DNA of 64,000 bases, from contig CM052847.1 of assembly GCA_028534125.1 (NCBI GenBank), positions 23,126,001-23,190,000 on the forward strand, given 5' to 3'. The stretch comes from Lama glama (Eukaryota). A program made the translations under genes and the position numbers. The stretch's first letter is position 1. Every line of letters begins with the position of its first letter. This document shows positions 47,311 to 60,015 of the stretch, piece after piece. The notes under the pieces were generated by a model. That model searched no databases, was not told the DNA's origin, and was given only the letters and a program-made list of their open reading frames with translations.

Positions 47311-48399
47311 GCAGGGTGACCCCAGAGCTGGGGCGGGAGGTGCCAGGCTGGGGCTCCTCACGACTGCAGGTCAGGGAAGTAACTAAAGTGGTTGGAAGTT
47401 GTGGGGATGGATGGAAGAGATGTCTGTGAGCATGAGGAAGGCAAGCAGACCATACTTGGCGGCTGCCTCGAGCGCGGGTGAGGAGCACCAGAGTCTAGGG
47501 CGAGACATGGATTTTTGGTTTGGATGAGAGGGAAGACAGGAGGCAGGGAGGACTGTGGGTGTTTCTGGACAGGAGCACCTCCCAGGAGAGACATGCAGCT
47601 GGCGTCTGCTTGTTTCTCAGGGCACGCATGTGCACGGGACAGCTGACACCCGCAGGAAGTGTCTGCATGGGGCTGGAGAGTACAGGAGTGAACCGTGGAA
47701 ATGCACACTTAGGGTGGGCCAGGCACCCACCGAGGAGATGGGGAAGTCGGGGGGGAGACTAAGGTTGAAAACCTCTGTTGCCTCAGCCACCGAGGTGCCA
47801 CGGGCGGCCCTGCTGAGGCTGCGTCAGCGTTCACTCGGGAGTGAATGTCTCTGGTCACCAGCAGTCAGTTGTTCAGCTGTCATTCAAAATGATCAGAATG
47901 ACTGCTTATCAGTCAAGATGAACAAACCACACACAGGTGTGTGAGCCTGGTGTCACACCTTTCTGTGAAGTGAGGTCCTTAAAACCTGCTCTCACACAGG
48001 TAGCTGATGGCTCTTAAAAATAATTTACTGGGGGAAGTGACTGCCATCTTAGATTTAAAAAAAGTGTCCATCACAGAGTCCTCTGTGCATAGAGGCATGG
48101 AACACATGTGTGTGTCCAGGTGCCTCCGCCTGTGATGGGTCACAGCTGTGTGTCCTTCTGCAACTCCTGCTTCAAAATGCTTGGATTTGAATGGATCAAA
48201 ATAAGTGATTTTTACCCATTTCCCCTCCTCCAACATATTTGAAGGACATAGATGTTGCTTTTAGTTAGTTAGTTAGTTTGTTTGTTTGCAAAGGGAATCT
48301 AGGGTGAGTATAGTTTTAAAAAGCTCTCTGGGTAATCCCGATGTGTTTTCCTGGAGGGAGAGTCTTGTTGTTGAGAATCTGCACAGTAAGGGTCAGCTT

Positions 48400-49100
48400 A
48401 TCTTGATCAGGATTCTCTGAGCTTCTGGACTCTGTGGTTTTATGTCTTTCATTAATTTTGGAAATTCTTGGTCATCATCTCTTCAGTTTCCTGTCCCCAT
48501 TCCCTCCTTTTCCTTCTTTTAGACTGACAGCTCCTGGACCCTGTGCTCTGATTCCCTGCCCCCCCCCCCCTTGTCCTCTTTATGTTTCACTTTGGGTAAT
48601 TGTTGATTTATCTTCAAGTTCATTGATTTTTTTTTCTCCTTCACTTGGGTTGAGTTTGCTGATGAGCCCGTTGAAGGCATTCTTCATCTGTTGCCGTGTT
48701 TTTATTTTTTTTTGAATTTACATTTGACGATGTTTTCTCATAGCTTCCTTCTCTTTGCTGAAGTTCCTCATTGTCTCTACATTTTCTGTTATAGCCTGTA
48801 ACATGTTAGTCATTGTTTTGAAAATTTTGCAGCCTGATAGTTCTTACATCTGAGTCATCTCTGAGTCTGGTTCTGTGGTTTGCTTTGTCTGTTGACAGTG
48901 GATTTTTTTCTCTCTTTCTTTGTGTGTGGTATGTTTTGCTTGGACACCTGACCCCAGTGTAGGAGAGCGGAGATTGAGGTAAAGGGTATCTGTGCCAGAA
49001 ATGGCCCTGCTCCTCCGCTGGCCCCCGGTGTGGGAGGCTGAGTCCCTGTGGTCAGGCTGTGAGTGGGACTGGGTTTGTGGTCACATTGCCCTCAGACCCC
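48400..49100 (-). mobile_element. Old L1 (L1M4/L1MC/L1MD-like) ORF1/5' region, antisense
   Basis: ctgagcttctggactctgtggttttatgtctttcattaattttggaaattcttggtcat...atcttcaagttcattgatt...gctgatgagcccgttgaaggcattcttcatctg...acatctgagtcatctctgagtctggttctg. Right boundary uncertain and may extend further. Confidence 0.7.
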
Positions 49101-51892
49101 AGCCCCACCTCGTGCCTGGGCTGGGGTTGCCAGTCTTTCTCAGCACTCCTGACCCCGCCTCAGGTCAGAGCTGGGGTGTCTCTCCATGCCCGGCGCTGGC
49201 CCTGGGAGGCCCAGTGGTCATGGAGGGGGCCATTCCCGGCCTGACCCGCCCTCGGCGCCCAGTCCAGGGCTTGTGGGGCTGTGGGGTGGCATCAGCCCTC
49301 TCCGTCATGCCGTCCGGGCTCTGCCTGGTTCTGTTGGCAGGAGACGTTTCCTGCCTCTCCTGCGGGAATGGAGGTGCTTTTCTTCCCCTTCCTCCAGGGG
49401 TGGTGGGCTTCCCCTGTGCCCTGGGGACCCATGGGGGGCAGCTGTCCCCCCGCCAGTGGCTGAAGGTGCCGTTCTGCTGGGGTGAGGGTCCTGCCTCTCC
49501 TCATCACACTGTCCTGTGGGAGTGGCCGCCCCTCCCCAGGCCCATGTCTCCCAGGGCCCCATCCCGAGTGTGCAGGATGGACTGTGAAGGGTCTGTGCTC
49601 AGGCTGCCCACCCTTGGCCTTCAGCAGTTACTCAGTTTCGGGGGACCTTCTGACTCCCCGCCGGGCAGGTGCATTTTTCCCCTCAGGCTCTGCCTCTCTT
49701 TGGAGCCTCAGCGTGTGGGGACTTCGGTGCACACCTTGTCTCCCCTCACCTTTGCCTCCCGGCCCTGCCCATCTGGTCTATGTGAGAATCAGTGTCCTTC
49801 CAGCCTGTGAAGATGAGTGAAGCCAGTCGGAGGCCGTGGCACCTTTTATCAATGGCTCCAAATTTCGTGTCCATAGAATCACAGTAAAATGCAAATTCCA
49901 GGCAACCCTGCAGCATCCCTGGGCCTGAATACTTTGGAGAAGCCAGGGAAGTGGTTCTGACCTGTCCCCGTGGTGGTGAGCCGCTCCGTCACAGGAGGAG
50001 CCCTGTTGGCCACGTGTCCACTCTGGTGGGCCCTTCATGTGCACAGTCACATCAGTCTCACCTCCACCCTGAGGGGTGCCTGCGTCGGTGGGACCCTTGG
50101 GCCAGACTGTGTCTGTGCTGCAGGCTTGATTCCAGGCCTGTCCCCTGGTCTGGTGTGTGGTTTCCGTGCCGCTTTGCTGTGATCAGTGGGCTCACTGACG
50201 GGAGGCTTAGCGGGGTCTCACTGTGGCCCACCTGAGGGGCAAGGACACAGACCTGCTCAGGGGCAGCGCAGACTTAGGACATTTCCCCTGCGACCAAAGG
50301 TTTCAAAGTTCGTACTGGAAAAGAAAAATCTTTTATGAGGGAAGCAAATTAATTTGGATTTGACTGAAGACACTCTCATTGCTTGAATAGCTGGTTTGTT
50401 TACGAGACTGGCCCCACAAACAGTAGATACAGATTAGTTGACGTTGTCATCTGTGTTTGTCTGTAACATAATAGGAGCTATTTTTGCCGCCCAAATTACT
50501 TGTGAATTTTGCATCACATTGTGGTCCAGATTACAAGCTGCTGCTTGTTAATTTAATTGACAAAATTGTTAGAAATTTTGTACTTGTTTTGGAGCCCAAA
50601 GTTAAAAGAACAGATTTTCCCACAGTAGCCTGTCATCGAGGGGTGGACACAGTGGTGGGGACTCAAGCCTGAGTTGTTAACCGGAGGAGGAGGGGCCCTG
50701 CACCAGTGCCAGCGGCCCCCACGATGGCGCGGGGAGGAAAGACCGCTGGGTGTGCACAGACTCCACCGCCATCTCCTCCCCTCAGGCCCCGAACCTCTCG
50801 GGCGGTCGTGGAACATGACGCAGTGAGCAGCACAGCCCACCCGCACACGAGACGTCTCAGCTGGGAGACAGAACGAGCGGTGGTGCTTGGGGGGCTCCTG
50901 CCCAAGAGCGCTTTTGGACGCTATGACGTGAATCACAGCTCCTGTTGCTTGGAGGGTCCTGTGACCCAGGGCATGACGAGTTTTCAGCACCAAAGCCCAG
51001 AACTCTTCCAAGTGGATGTTTCCGTCTGTGACAACACCTGTCGATGACGTTGTTCCAGATGAGTCAAAAGTTCCAGTGAAGGAAATGCCAAGGACAGGTG
51101 CTGTGAGCGGTGTCTCTCCCAGGATCCCAAGTAAAGGGACCTTTTATGAACATTTAGACGTTTGATGGGGGGGGCGTGTCTTAGGGAGATGACGTTTGGT
51201 GACACCGTCTTCCTGTTTCCCACCTGCAGTTGTAGGTTATTGACTATAAATGACCTCAGTGTCTCTGGGGTGAAAGTTGGATGAGCTCAATGTACCCGAG
51301 GAGACACAGCCCTCAGCACAGCGACCTGTTCTCCATTGTACACAACCCGCCCCTGTGAGAACACCTGCACGTGTCCAGGTCCTGCAGAGGTAGCCACGGT
51401 GGCCCTGGGGTCAGATTAAAGACAGACACCATCCGATATCTTCTTTTTAACAGCTGTGCAGTGATTTCTCCTGAAAGAAAATGCAAATAATGCTCACACG
51501 ACTTGTGTTTTTGTCCCCGGACTGTTGGCAGAAGCAGTGTGTGAAGGGCCCCCAGCAGCTGCTCCAGCCCCATGCGCTCCCGCCATTGGGTTTCCATTCA
51601 CCTCCCCTCATCACCCCTCTTTCCTGAGGGTGACGCCTGGCTAGCTGGGCCAGTCTGTCACCCCATCCTGCTGCCTGTCCGGGGGGGCTGTCACCACTTC
51701 CAGTGGAGGGAACAGACGTCGGAAGTCACGCACGTCAGGGCTGGGGTCAAAGACAGGTCTGTCCAGCCCTGGAGACCAAGTGCATCTTGTGCACCTGCTG
51801 TCCAGGTTCCCCCAGTGATTTTCTGCACAACGATGTGTCCAGTGCCTTTAAGAGCCCGCAGAAGCTTCTGGGCACACGTTCTCCCTCAACCT

Positions 51893-52126
51893 ACGGTGTG
51901 CACTCTGGTAGCCAGTAGTCATGGCTGTTTCAAATGTAAATTTAATTAAAGTTGAGTTACATGAATTAAATACATCTGGAGAATGAGTTTATTAACAGGA
52001 ACTTCTGTCCCCAGGTCACACCTGCCCCTTTCAGGTGCTCAGCAGCCTCGGGTGACCATTGGCTTCTGTTGGGACCGAGAAGATCGGGGACATTTCTGTC
52101 ATCGTGGAAGTGCTCCTGGTGGGCTG
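51893..52126 (-). mobile_element. MER3-like hAT-Charlie element
   Basis: ggtagccagtagtcatggctgtttcaaatgtaaatttaattaaa...gtcacacctgcccctttcaggtgctcagcagcc...acatttctgtcatcgtggaagtgctc follows the reverse complement of MER3. Confidence 0.75.
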
Positions 52127-55100
52127 TCCCAGGGGAAGGGCTGGCGCAGAAGGCCACGTGGGGCCCTCACAGGGGCTGGGGGCGCCAGCGGGTGTGGCCC
52201 TGTGCCAGCACCTCACAGCTGGTGCACGTGGCCTCAGGGCGATGGGTGCCCCGTGGGTCCCTGGCCAGGCCCCGTCTCGGCGAGTCTCCAGGATACTTTG
52301 TGTCCCACCGTGCACACTGCACACTGAGGGAAAATGGCAGAATTCCCTGTCGAATTGATCTTGAATTGTGGGCACAGGTGGGACTCAGCTTTGATTCCTG
52401 GCCAGATGTGGAAGCTGAATAGTTGTCTGTGCTATTTGTGTGGAAAAAGATGTGTGGTTTCTAATCTGAATTCAGACCTACGTGCATTTTGAAGTGAGAG
52501 CTCCTGAGTTAGCTTTCCTGGTCCCCGGTGACCGTCAGGGTGCCATGGGCTGGACAGCTCAGAATGCAGTCGTTGATTTGGGATGACCCAGGCTTCCTGG
52601 CTGTCTATGCAGGAAAAAAAGCCCTGAGCATCTTAGGCTGGAGTTAGCCAGGGACAGGGGGCTGGTTTGGGTGGGTGAAGGGCAGACGTGAAGGCATCAC
52701 CGAGCCAGGGTCCAGGCCGCTCCCCTCCAGGGGCTGTGACCTGAGGCAGCCACGGGAAGGGGTCTGGTGGGCCCCATTTCCAGGCCACAGTTCTTGGTGT
52801 AAAGTCCACTTTTATTAGGAATGTGTGGCATTGTAATTCAGTAGCAGATGGTGTGGTTGCTCTGAGTACCTGCTGTTACGTTCCTCTTCGAATGATCCTG
52901 AGTTGGAAACAGTGGCATTTATTAAAAGAAGCAGAAATCAAAGCTATCGAGGTGGATGCTGACGCAGCTGTTTGCTGATCTGGCTCTGCCAAGAACATAG
53001 CCCCGTGGGACCATTCGGTGCCTTGATTTCCTCCAAGTCAGTTCCCGGGCCAGACGGTGCCGACCTCTCCTGGTCTGGTGGGCATGTAACTCCGATGCCA
53101 GGATGAGAGACTGCTCACACAGGTTACACCACAGTGTTGTGTCTGTTGAGCTGGTGCTTTGTGGGTGTGGAAGCTGAGGTTGAGCGCTGTTTTTAATCTT
53201 CTCCATGAGGGAGAGGTGTGCACCTCCTGCAGGAGTGGCGTGCACAGACCTCACTCAAGTCACAGGACAAGCAGGCTGTCCCTTGCTGGCTGGTCTGGGG
53301 GCCTTGCCCGGAGAGTTTAGTAAGGAGGCCATGGGCCTCCCCACTGATGCATTTTCCCTTCGTGGCCTCTTTCACTCGAGGCAAAATGTGCAGACGTGGG
53401 CCATCTGGGGGGTGGATGGCATCCTTTACAGGAGTCATTTCATAACCTTACTTGGTGGGAAAGCTAAGGTTTCTTTCTGGCTTTTCAGCCGGCGCCATGC
53501 TGGGATGTGTCCTGTCTGGGGACACTTTTCAGGAACTGAGTGCCCATTCCTGGTGCAGCTTGAGCAGAACCATGGAGGGAGATGTTGAGTGGGGTATTTT
53601 CTTGTTATTTGCTCCTGGGAGTCCCTAGGCCCTGACGCCGGTCAGTTGGAAACCTGAATGTTTGAGACTCGCCCGTGGGCCCAGTTCTGAGTCCCTGGGT
53701 TTGGGTGGGCCCTGAGGCGCCAGTTTCCAGCTCAGAGACGCTGCTGCCTGCCCACCTGTCCTGGCTCTGCCCACACCCCTATCCGCCCAGGTACTGGCAG
53801 GGAGCAGGTGCACTTATTTCCCGCACACCTGCTCTTTCAAGTTCTTACAGCTTAGAAATCTCTTGTGAGCCCTTAACTCATTTGTTGGAAATTTTGCATC
53901 CATTTCCTGTAGAAAGTGGGAGCAGTGTTCTTGCCCAGATGAGAGAGCCACCACTCTGCTGTTGACCCTCCAGAGCCCTGTCCTTTGACCCCAATGCACA
54001 GGTGTGGTGTGTTGCATTTTAGGCAAGACTAGGGAAAGCATGTGGCTAAACCCTGTCCCTCCGGCCACCAACTCCAAGTGCACACCTGCTGAGAGCGCAG
54101 TCCTTTAAAATTCTGAATTTATTTAAGTTTGAAACCAGCATGGAAGCATTTCCTTCAGTAACTAAACCATGTACCTCGTGAAAGCGGCCCTTTTTGACTT
54201 TGCAGAGCAGATACCTGGCTCCCTGGAGCACTAGCATCTCTTCTGTTTCTGGAAGTTCCTGGAAGTTGCCCCTGTGTTCCAAGCAGTGAGCAGGCGTGTG
54301 AGTCATAATCCTTTGTGCTGAGGATGGGCGGGGGTCTCTCAGTGGGGCCCCTGGTGTGGGTGAGGAGGAGTGAGGCTGGCCGTGTGGGCGGATCCGGGCT
54401 GTTTGAAGTCACTTCAGCCTCTGGACGTAATATCAGGAACAGTAAACCGACCAGATGGGCGTTTGCTGAGAACAGAGGGGCTGGAGGGGCCGGGCCCTGC
54501 AGGAGGAGGCGGGGTTCGTCCCTGCCCTCAGGCGCCTTGCTTGTGTTCCTTTTACTGAATAGAAAGCATAAAATGTATTCTTGTTGAGAATAAGTGACAT
54601 TAAAGGAAGTGCTCAGCTCTTCTGCTGCTGAATCCGAAGAGGCTCTGTGGAGGGGACGTGTTAGGGACTGTGGTGGGGGGGCTCCGGGGCCCCTTTGGGA
54701 AAGGCTGTGCTGGGCCAGTGAGGGGACAGACCGTTCTGCCTGACACGTGGCAGGCAGAAAGCCGGGGATTCTGGCCAAGGGCTTAGAAAGCAGGCGGAAC
54801 CGACTGAGCTGACGTCTGTCGATCCGGGGCCCAGTGCCCCTCCCCCTGCATGCCCCCCCCCCGCCCCGTTTGCTGTTTGTGTTGTTTGGGGAGTGTGAGT
54901 GGGAACGCGTGGGCCCTGGTCCCCTCTGGGAGTGCCCGGGCAGCTGTAGGGACAAGCCGGTGGGCTTCTGTCTTTCCCTCGGGCACTGGCTGCACCTGAG
55001 CCAGCAGCAGCCCAGGTGGAAACAGCACAGGGCTGTGTCACACCCAAACCTGCAGCTGGATTTTTACTCCCTTTTAGATGCTTTTGAGCCCGGCTAAACT

Positions 55101-55854
55101 GTGGGATTATCAGGTAAGGTTTTGGTAGTGGAGAGGTGTGGATGTCATCTTCTGATGAGTCAAGGGACGGAGGATATCGTGTTCAATACGCTCAGACGAC
55201 ACCATGTCATCTCAGAGAAAGGGAAACTGTTTTGGGGGGAAAAACGATCCTCTTACTTCAAAGATGAAAGTACAACTTACGCTGTTTCTGAATTCAGCAG
55301 CAGGTGGTACGAAGTAATTCTGAAAAGCTGCTGTGGGTGCTTAGTTCCCTGGGGAAATGGCTTTGGCGCAGTGTACCTCGGGCCTCGGGACTGCTGGCCA
55401 GACTGGAAGTGACCTTAAAGAGCCTGGGCCCCTTCTCCCTCTGGGCATTTTGCAGGAGAAGAGCTCCTGACAGCTGAGGGAGCAGCCTTCCACCCATTTC
55501 TTACTGATTCCACCACCAGAAGACGTTACCATCTTGTGAATTCTGGAGTTTGCTTTTGAAAAGTTCGTATAATGAGACAAAAGCTCAAGTGCTTGAATAG
55601 AAACCTGAAGTTAGGGGGAGGCTGTTAAATTTGTTCTAATCATTATTTGTCTTTTGATATTTTTAGCTGCTCTATGTTAAATTTAGAACAGTGAGTCAGA
55701 ACAGCTGGACGTGTCCTTACTGTTTCCTCTTGTGACGCAACATCGCTTTGTGGATGTGACTCTGACAGCAGAGCCCGATGATAGGGGAGTTAGGCCCATG
55801 ACACAAGGGTTGGTTTTCTGTTGTGAATGCTGGGATTGTTAGGGGAATGCGATT

Positions 55855-55915
55855 GTGTGTGTGTCTGGGTCTGCGTGCGTGCCTGTGGGTGTGGGTGTGT
55901 GTGTGTGTGCGTGCG
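55855..55915. repeat. Degenerate (GT)n/(GCGT)n repeat
   Basis: tgtgtgtgtgtctgggtctgcgtgcgtgcctgtgggtgtgggtgtgtgtgtgtgtgcgtgcg. Confidence 0.8.
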
Positions 55916-56134
55916 CCCACATTTTCTCTGTTACACCATGTAGCTCTGGAAATACACTGGGCCCTCAGTACTTATAGGTTGGTGGATTTTTTTTAAGTCA
56001 TGTTGGTTGACATCCTGTGACTGGTTAATGATTAATGTGGTTGTCATGTGATGTAATATTTGGGTCTTAAATTTGAAAGTTAAGTAGAAAATTAATCACA
56101 GACATTCTATAAGTAATTTTTACTTGTCAGCATT

Positions 56135-56561
56135 TGTGATTGGCAGGATAATGCCCCCCCCAAGATGTCCATGTCCTGATTCCCAGAACTGGTGAGAATA
56201 TATCACCTTCCGTGGCAGAGGGGACCTTGCAGATGTGACTAAATTAAGGATCTCAACATGGGGAGGTGATCTGGGTTATGTGGGTGGAATTGAGTCATCA
56301 CAAGGGTTCTTACTGGAGGGAGGAGGAGGGTCCACGTCAAAGAAGGGGATGTGCTGGGGGCAGGGGTCAGGGTGGTGTGATACCTCCAGGAGCTGGGAAA
56401 GAATGAGGGACAGACTCTCCCTGGAGCCTCAGTAGGCAGCCCTGCCTCACCTTCACCCAGGGAGACTTCTAACCTCCAGAACTGTAGGAGATAAATTTGT
56501 GGTGTCTGAAGCCACTAAATTTGTAAACTTATTACAGCAGCAGGAGTAGGAAATTAATACA
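56135..56561 (+). mobile_element. MaLR solo LTR, MLT1D-like, both termini present, 5-bp TSD
   Basis: TG...CA termini: tgtgattggcaggataatgccccccccaagatgtccatgtcctgattcccagaac ... ttattacagcagcaggagtaggaaattaataca. TSD gcatt (56130-56134) / gcgtt (56562-56566). Confidence 0.92.
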
Positions 56562-57262
56562 GCGTTTCTGTTCATTGTCTCTGAGCTTTTAGAAATGACC
56601 ACGTTGTATCAGCCTTTCAAATGCCTTAAATTATAGTGAGAAGTGTTTCTAGGAGATGATAGGTATTTATAAACTGTGGTGGAAGAGAAAATTAGACAGA
56701 AGTAGTATGTCTTCTTTGGATCTGTTATTTGGGCCTTTTAAAAAAATGACATTACAGTCACATAGTCTGGCCTTGTTAATAATGTATATTGTGTTGGAAA
56801 CACTTGCTCACATCTCTCTGGGGAATTATTATGCATTGCTTGTGAGGATAAGGAATTAAAGTAATCTCAGACATAGAAGAAAGTCCTAGATCAGCATTAA
56901 TCCATGTTTGAGGTTTGAGACACAGAATTCCCCCACTTTACTGTTTGGAGCAGTAACATTGCATCCTTTGCCGCGTGTTCTTCTTTTGTGATTTTATGTG
57001 CTTTGTAACAAATGACGTTTGCATAGATTTCATACATTAATTGACATGGCGGAGCTTAGAGTGTGAACATGAAGCATTTCCCAAGCAGACTGGTGTGTGG
57101 GGCACCCTGGGGCAGGTCTGTTTTGCTTCCTGTTGCTTCGTTATGTAGGGGGCAGGGCGAGCCCCGGCTGGTTGCTCCTGAGTAAACCACCCTCACGTCA
57201 GCACTGTGAACGCCCATAGCCTGCCTGGTGGGTTTCGCCACCACCGCTGTCACCGTGGGTGC

Positions 57263-57865
57263 TGTGAGGACAAGTGTGGAGAGTCATGGGCGGGGCTCAT
57301 GCAGAACCCTCCGGGAACTTCAGCGGGAGGCCTGGGACCCAGGGCTGTCGGGATGTGTGCCCTTCCTGCACCCTGAGTCCTCAAGGCAGGATGACTGAGG
57401 GTCCCCCTGCCCCCTTCACTCACCACAGGGGACCCCCTTTCCGTGAGAGCTGGACGAGGCCCTGCTGCCCCGGGGAACCCGGCACAGGCCCGTGAGGCCC
57501 TCCCAGTCCCGTCTGTGCCTCAGGGGAAGTTGCGATGATCTGCACTGACTGGTGGGAGGGAGCAGGATGTTAGCTCCTCTCCTTCCCCAGGTCCCTGCCC
57601 CGGCCGTGCGGCCCCTCCTCATGGTCCCCCTGGAGCAGGCTGGCCTTGGTGACACCCCTGACCCGTGTCTGACCCACCTCCTTCTGTCTCACCCCCACAT
57701 GCCTCCTTCCTGGCCCTGCTGACTCCTTCCCTCCTCCCCAGAAGCTGACAGGCCTTGGGGTCACAGTGTTCTGTCCCCTGGTGGCAGGAGTGTCCTCTCC
57801 CCGCTGCAGTAAGGCTTCAAATAAAGCCTCTCCTTTCCAAGCTCACATTTGTTTTCCACTTGACA
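57263..57865 (+). mobile_element. Probable ERV1-class solo LTR (family uncertain)
   Basis: 3' end ctgcagtaaggcttcaAATAAAgcctctcctttccaagctcacatttgttttccacttgaCA has the poly(A) signal/U5/CA layout of ERV1 LTRs. The 5' boundary is a guess. Confidence 0.5.
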
Positions 57866-59081
57866 TGTGGCTTCAGCGGAGACCAGCCAGAGTGGGCAGG
57901 AGGGACTCCTCTGCCCACTGCGTTCGGACGTGTTTGAGCCCATGGGGAACCCTTGTGTCTGGAAAGCGTATTTCTAGTTTTCCAGCTTCACATGGAAGAG
58001 ACACGGAGTGGGCCAATCCTCAGCGTTGGTCTGGAACCATAAGCTGTTGTAGTTCTAAAAGCAGTTGGTTCTTAAAATTTAAAAAAAAAGTGGTCATCTC
58101 CATGTAAGTTTTTTTAAAAATCAAGAGTGTTTCTACTTCTCTCATATGCATTTTGGCATCTAAAATAGGAATAGTGATTTTTGAAGCATGAGTGTATTTT
58201 TAAATTATTCTTGAGTGTTGTAAACCTTAATATAGCTTTATTTTTTATTGTTGCCTGATTATCTGGAAATGGACTGAATATTTGGAGTGGTAATAATGAT
58301 ATCAGTTATATTTGTGTAGCGTTTGTCTGGGAAACAATCAACTGTTATAATTTAAAATATGTAAGCATAAAGTAGGTGATTGGCTGAAAAAAGCCAGCCG
58401 TTTTGTTTTCTTTTCTTTTCAGGCACATGAAGTAAAGCAAAGTGGTAACTTCATTTGGGGGCACATGAGAGGTTGCAAATGCTTCCCACAGAGCCCAGCC
58501 TCACATGTTAATCTGAATCGTGCCTGTGTTTTGGTAAAGCTGCTACCTGAGATGCTGTTTGTCATACAGGAAGGTCACACCTGGGAGACCTTTTAATGAG
58601 CCTTGGAGAACCGAAGTTCACAGTCGTTACCCACCTTTGCTGTAGGGAGGGATCCGATACAGACTCGGTCCGGGGAATCGCTTTCCTGTGTGCCGGTTGG
58701 CGTCTGCCCGTCCGCACTGGTTTTTATCCTCCAGGCTTTGCTGAGTAGTCACAAGACCAGGCTGTGTAGCTTAGCCCTTGCAGGTGTGAGCGGCCCCAGG
58801 TGCGGGGTGTCTCCGCCCTGAGCCATTGCCAGGCCTCCAGCTGTTTTATCTTGTTAGCAGCACTTCTCTGGGGCTGGAGAGAATGGAAGAAGGGAGATTA
58901 TGACAGAACCTGCCTAAGAAGTAACCTCCCTGCTCCCAGGAGAGTGTCGTCGGAGAAGGAGGAAGAGGACCCAGGAGGAGTCTGTGGTCAGCTGGGGCTC
59001 CTGGTGTGGCGGTGCCGTGGCCAGCCGGGGAGGAGGCGTCACTGGGATCAGGGGCCTCCCCACTCACAGGGCCCTCCAGGC

Positions 59082-59432
59082 GTCACAGCTCAGCTGCCAT
59101 AACAAAGTACCCCACACAGCAGGCATTTCTCATTGTTCTGGAGGTCAGGGCCCTGGTGTGGTCAGTTCTGGTGAGGGCTCTCCTGGTCCCTGGGTAGCCG
59201 CCTGCGCGTGGTGTCCTCACATGGTGAGGAGGGAGGGACAGACAGACCAAGACAGACAGACTGAAGTCGGCTCTCTGGCCTCCTCTTACAAGGGCACTGA
59301 TCCGATCGTGGGGCTCCACCCTCATGACCTCATTGCTTCCCAGAGGCCCCGCCTCCTGACTCCATCACACTGGGGCTGGGGCTTGGGCTTCCACATGTGG
59401 ATTTTAGGGGACACAGCATTCAGTCCGCAGCA
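59082..59432 (-). mobile_element. MaLR solo LTR, MLT1A-like
   Basis: gctgccataacaaagtacc...ttctggtgagggctctc...gtgtcctcacatgg...cttacaagggcactgatcc...ctccaccctcatgacctc...ttttaggggacacagcattcagtccgcagca. Confidence 0.88.
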
Positions 59433-59914
59433 CAGGCACCTCCTCTGGGTGGCTGAGAAGGAAGCCTGGCCTGTGGTCTGCTCCACCTGCCTCAGGTGAC
59501 CTCCCGTCACGTCAGCTGCTCCTCAGGGTGCAGCACTTCAGGGACAGCAGTTTGGGAACTTTCCCTGTTTTCATGGCTGTTGTCCTGTGACCCTGAAAAC
59601 TCTCTTCCATCATGGCAGGTCTTGGGTAAAGGGGGCAGATCTCCTGAGTCCTGGAGAGGAGTGTGTCCTTGGCCATATGAGAGAGGGGAGGGAGAGGAGG
59701 CACTGAGAGCCGTGGAGGGGGGCACTGCCCGACCCCCAGCCTGGCTCATGGAAGCACAGCCATGTGGGGCCCAGAGCAGCACAGGCACGTGCTTGTCTCC
59801 AACTGCTAGCCCACTGTACCGTCTTGATCCTCTGGACACGGGGGCTGGTGCCCTTCACCCATTGATAGGAGAGAAACTGGCCTTGGGAGGGTAGGCCAAG
59901 TGGGACCGGCAGTC

Positions 59915-60015
59915 CACCAGCCAGCATGACCATTCAAATGCAAGTTAGTGAAATTTAAATAAAGAGTAAAATTCTGCTTGGGAGCAGCAGCCACGTGGCC
60001 CTGGGGACTGTGCGA
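59915..60015 (-). mobile_element. MER3/MER33-like fragment
   Basis: ccagccagcatgaccattcaaatgcaagttagtgaaatttaaataaagagtaaaattc...agcagccacgtggcc. Confidence 0.45.

Noticed and set aside
47925-47962. Small hairpin as an orthologue of an intronic miRNA of human DIP2C
   Set aside because: Only short GT/AC-repeat complementarity; no long pre-miRNA stem or match that I can support.
48992-49810. 272-aa ORF, the longest in the track
   Set aside because: Non-ATG start, P/G/L/C-rich composition typical of random GC-rich frames, adjacent to an antisense L1 5' relic, and no recognisable domain.
54155-54955. 266-aa minus-strand ORF (also 29835-30551 and 19013-19669)
   Set aside because: No recognisable homology or domain; such lengths are expected by chance in GC-rich intronic DNA.
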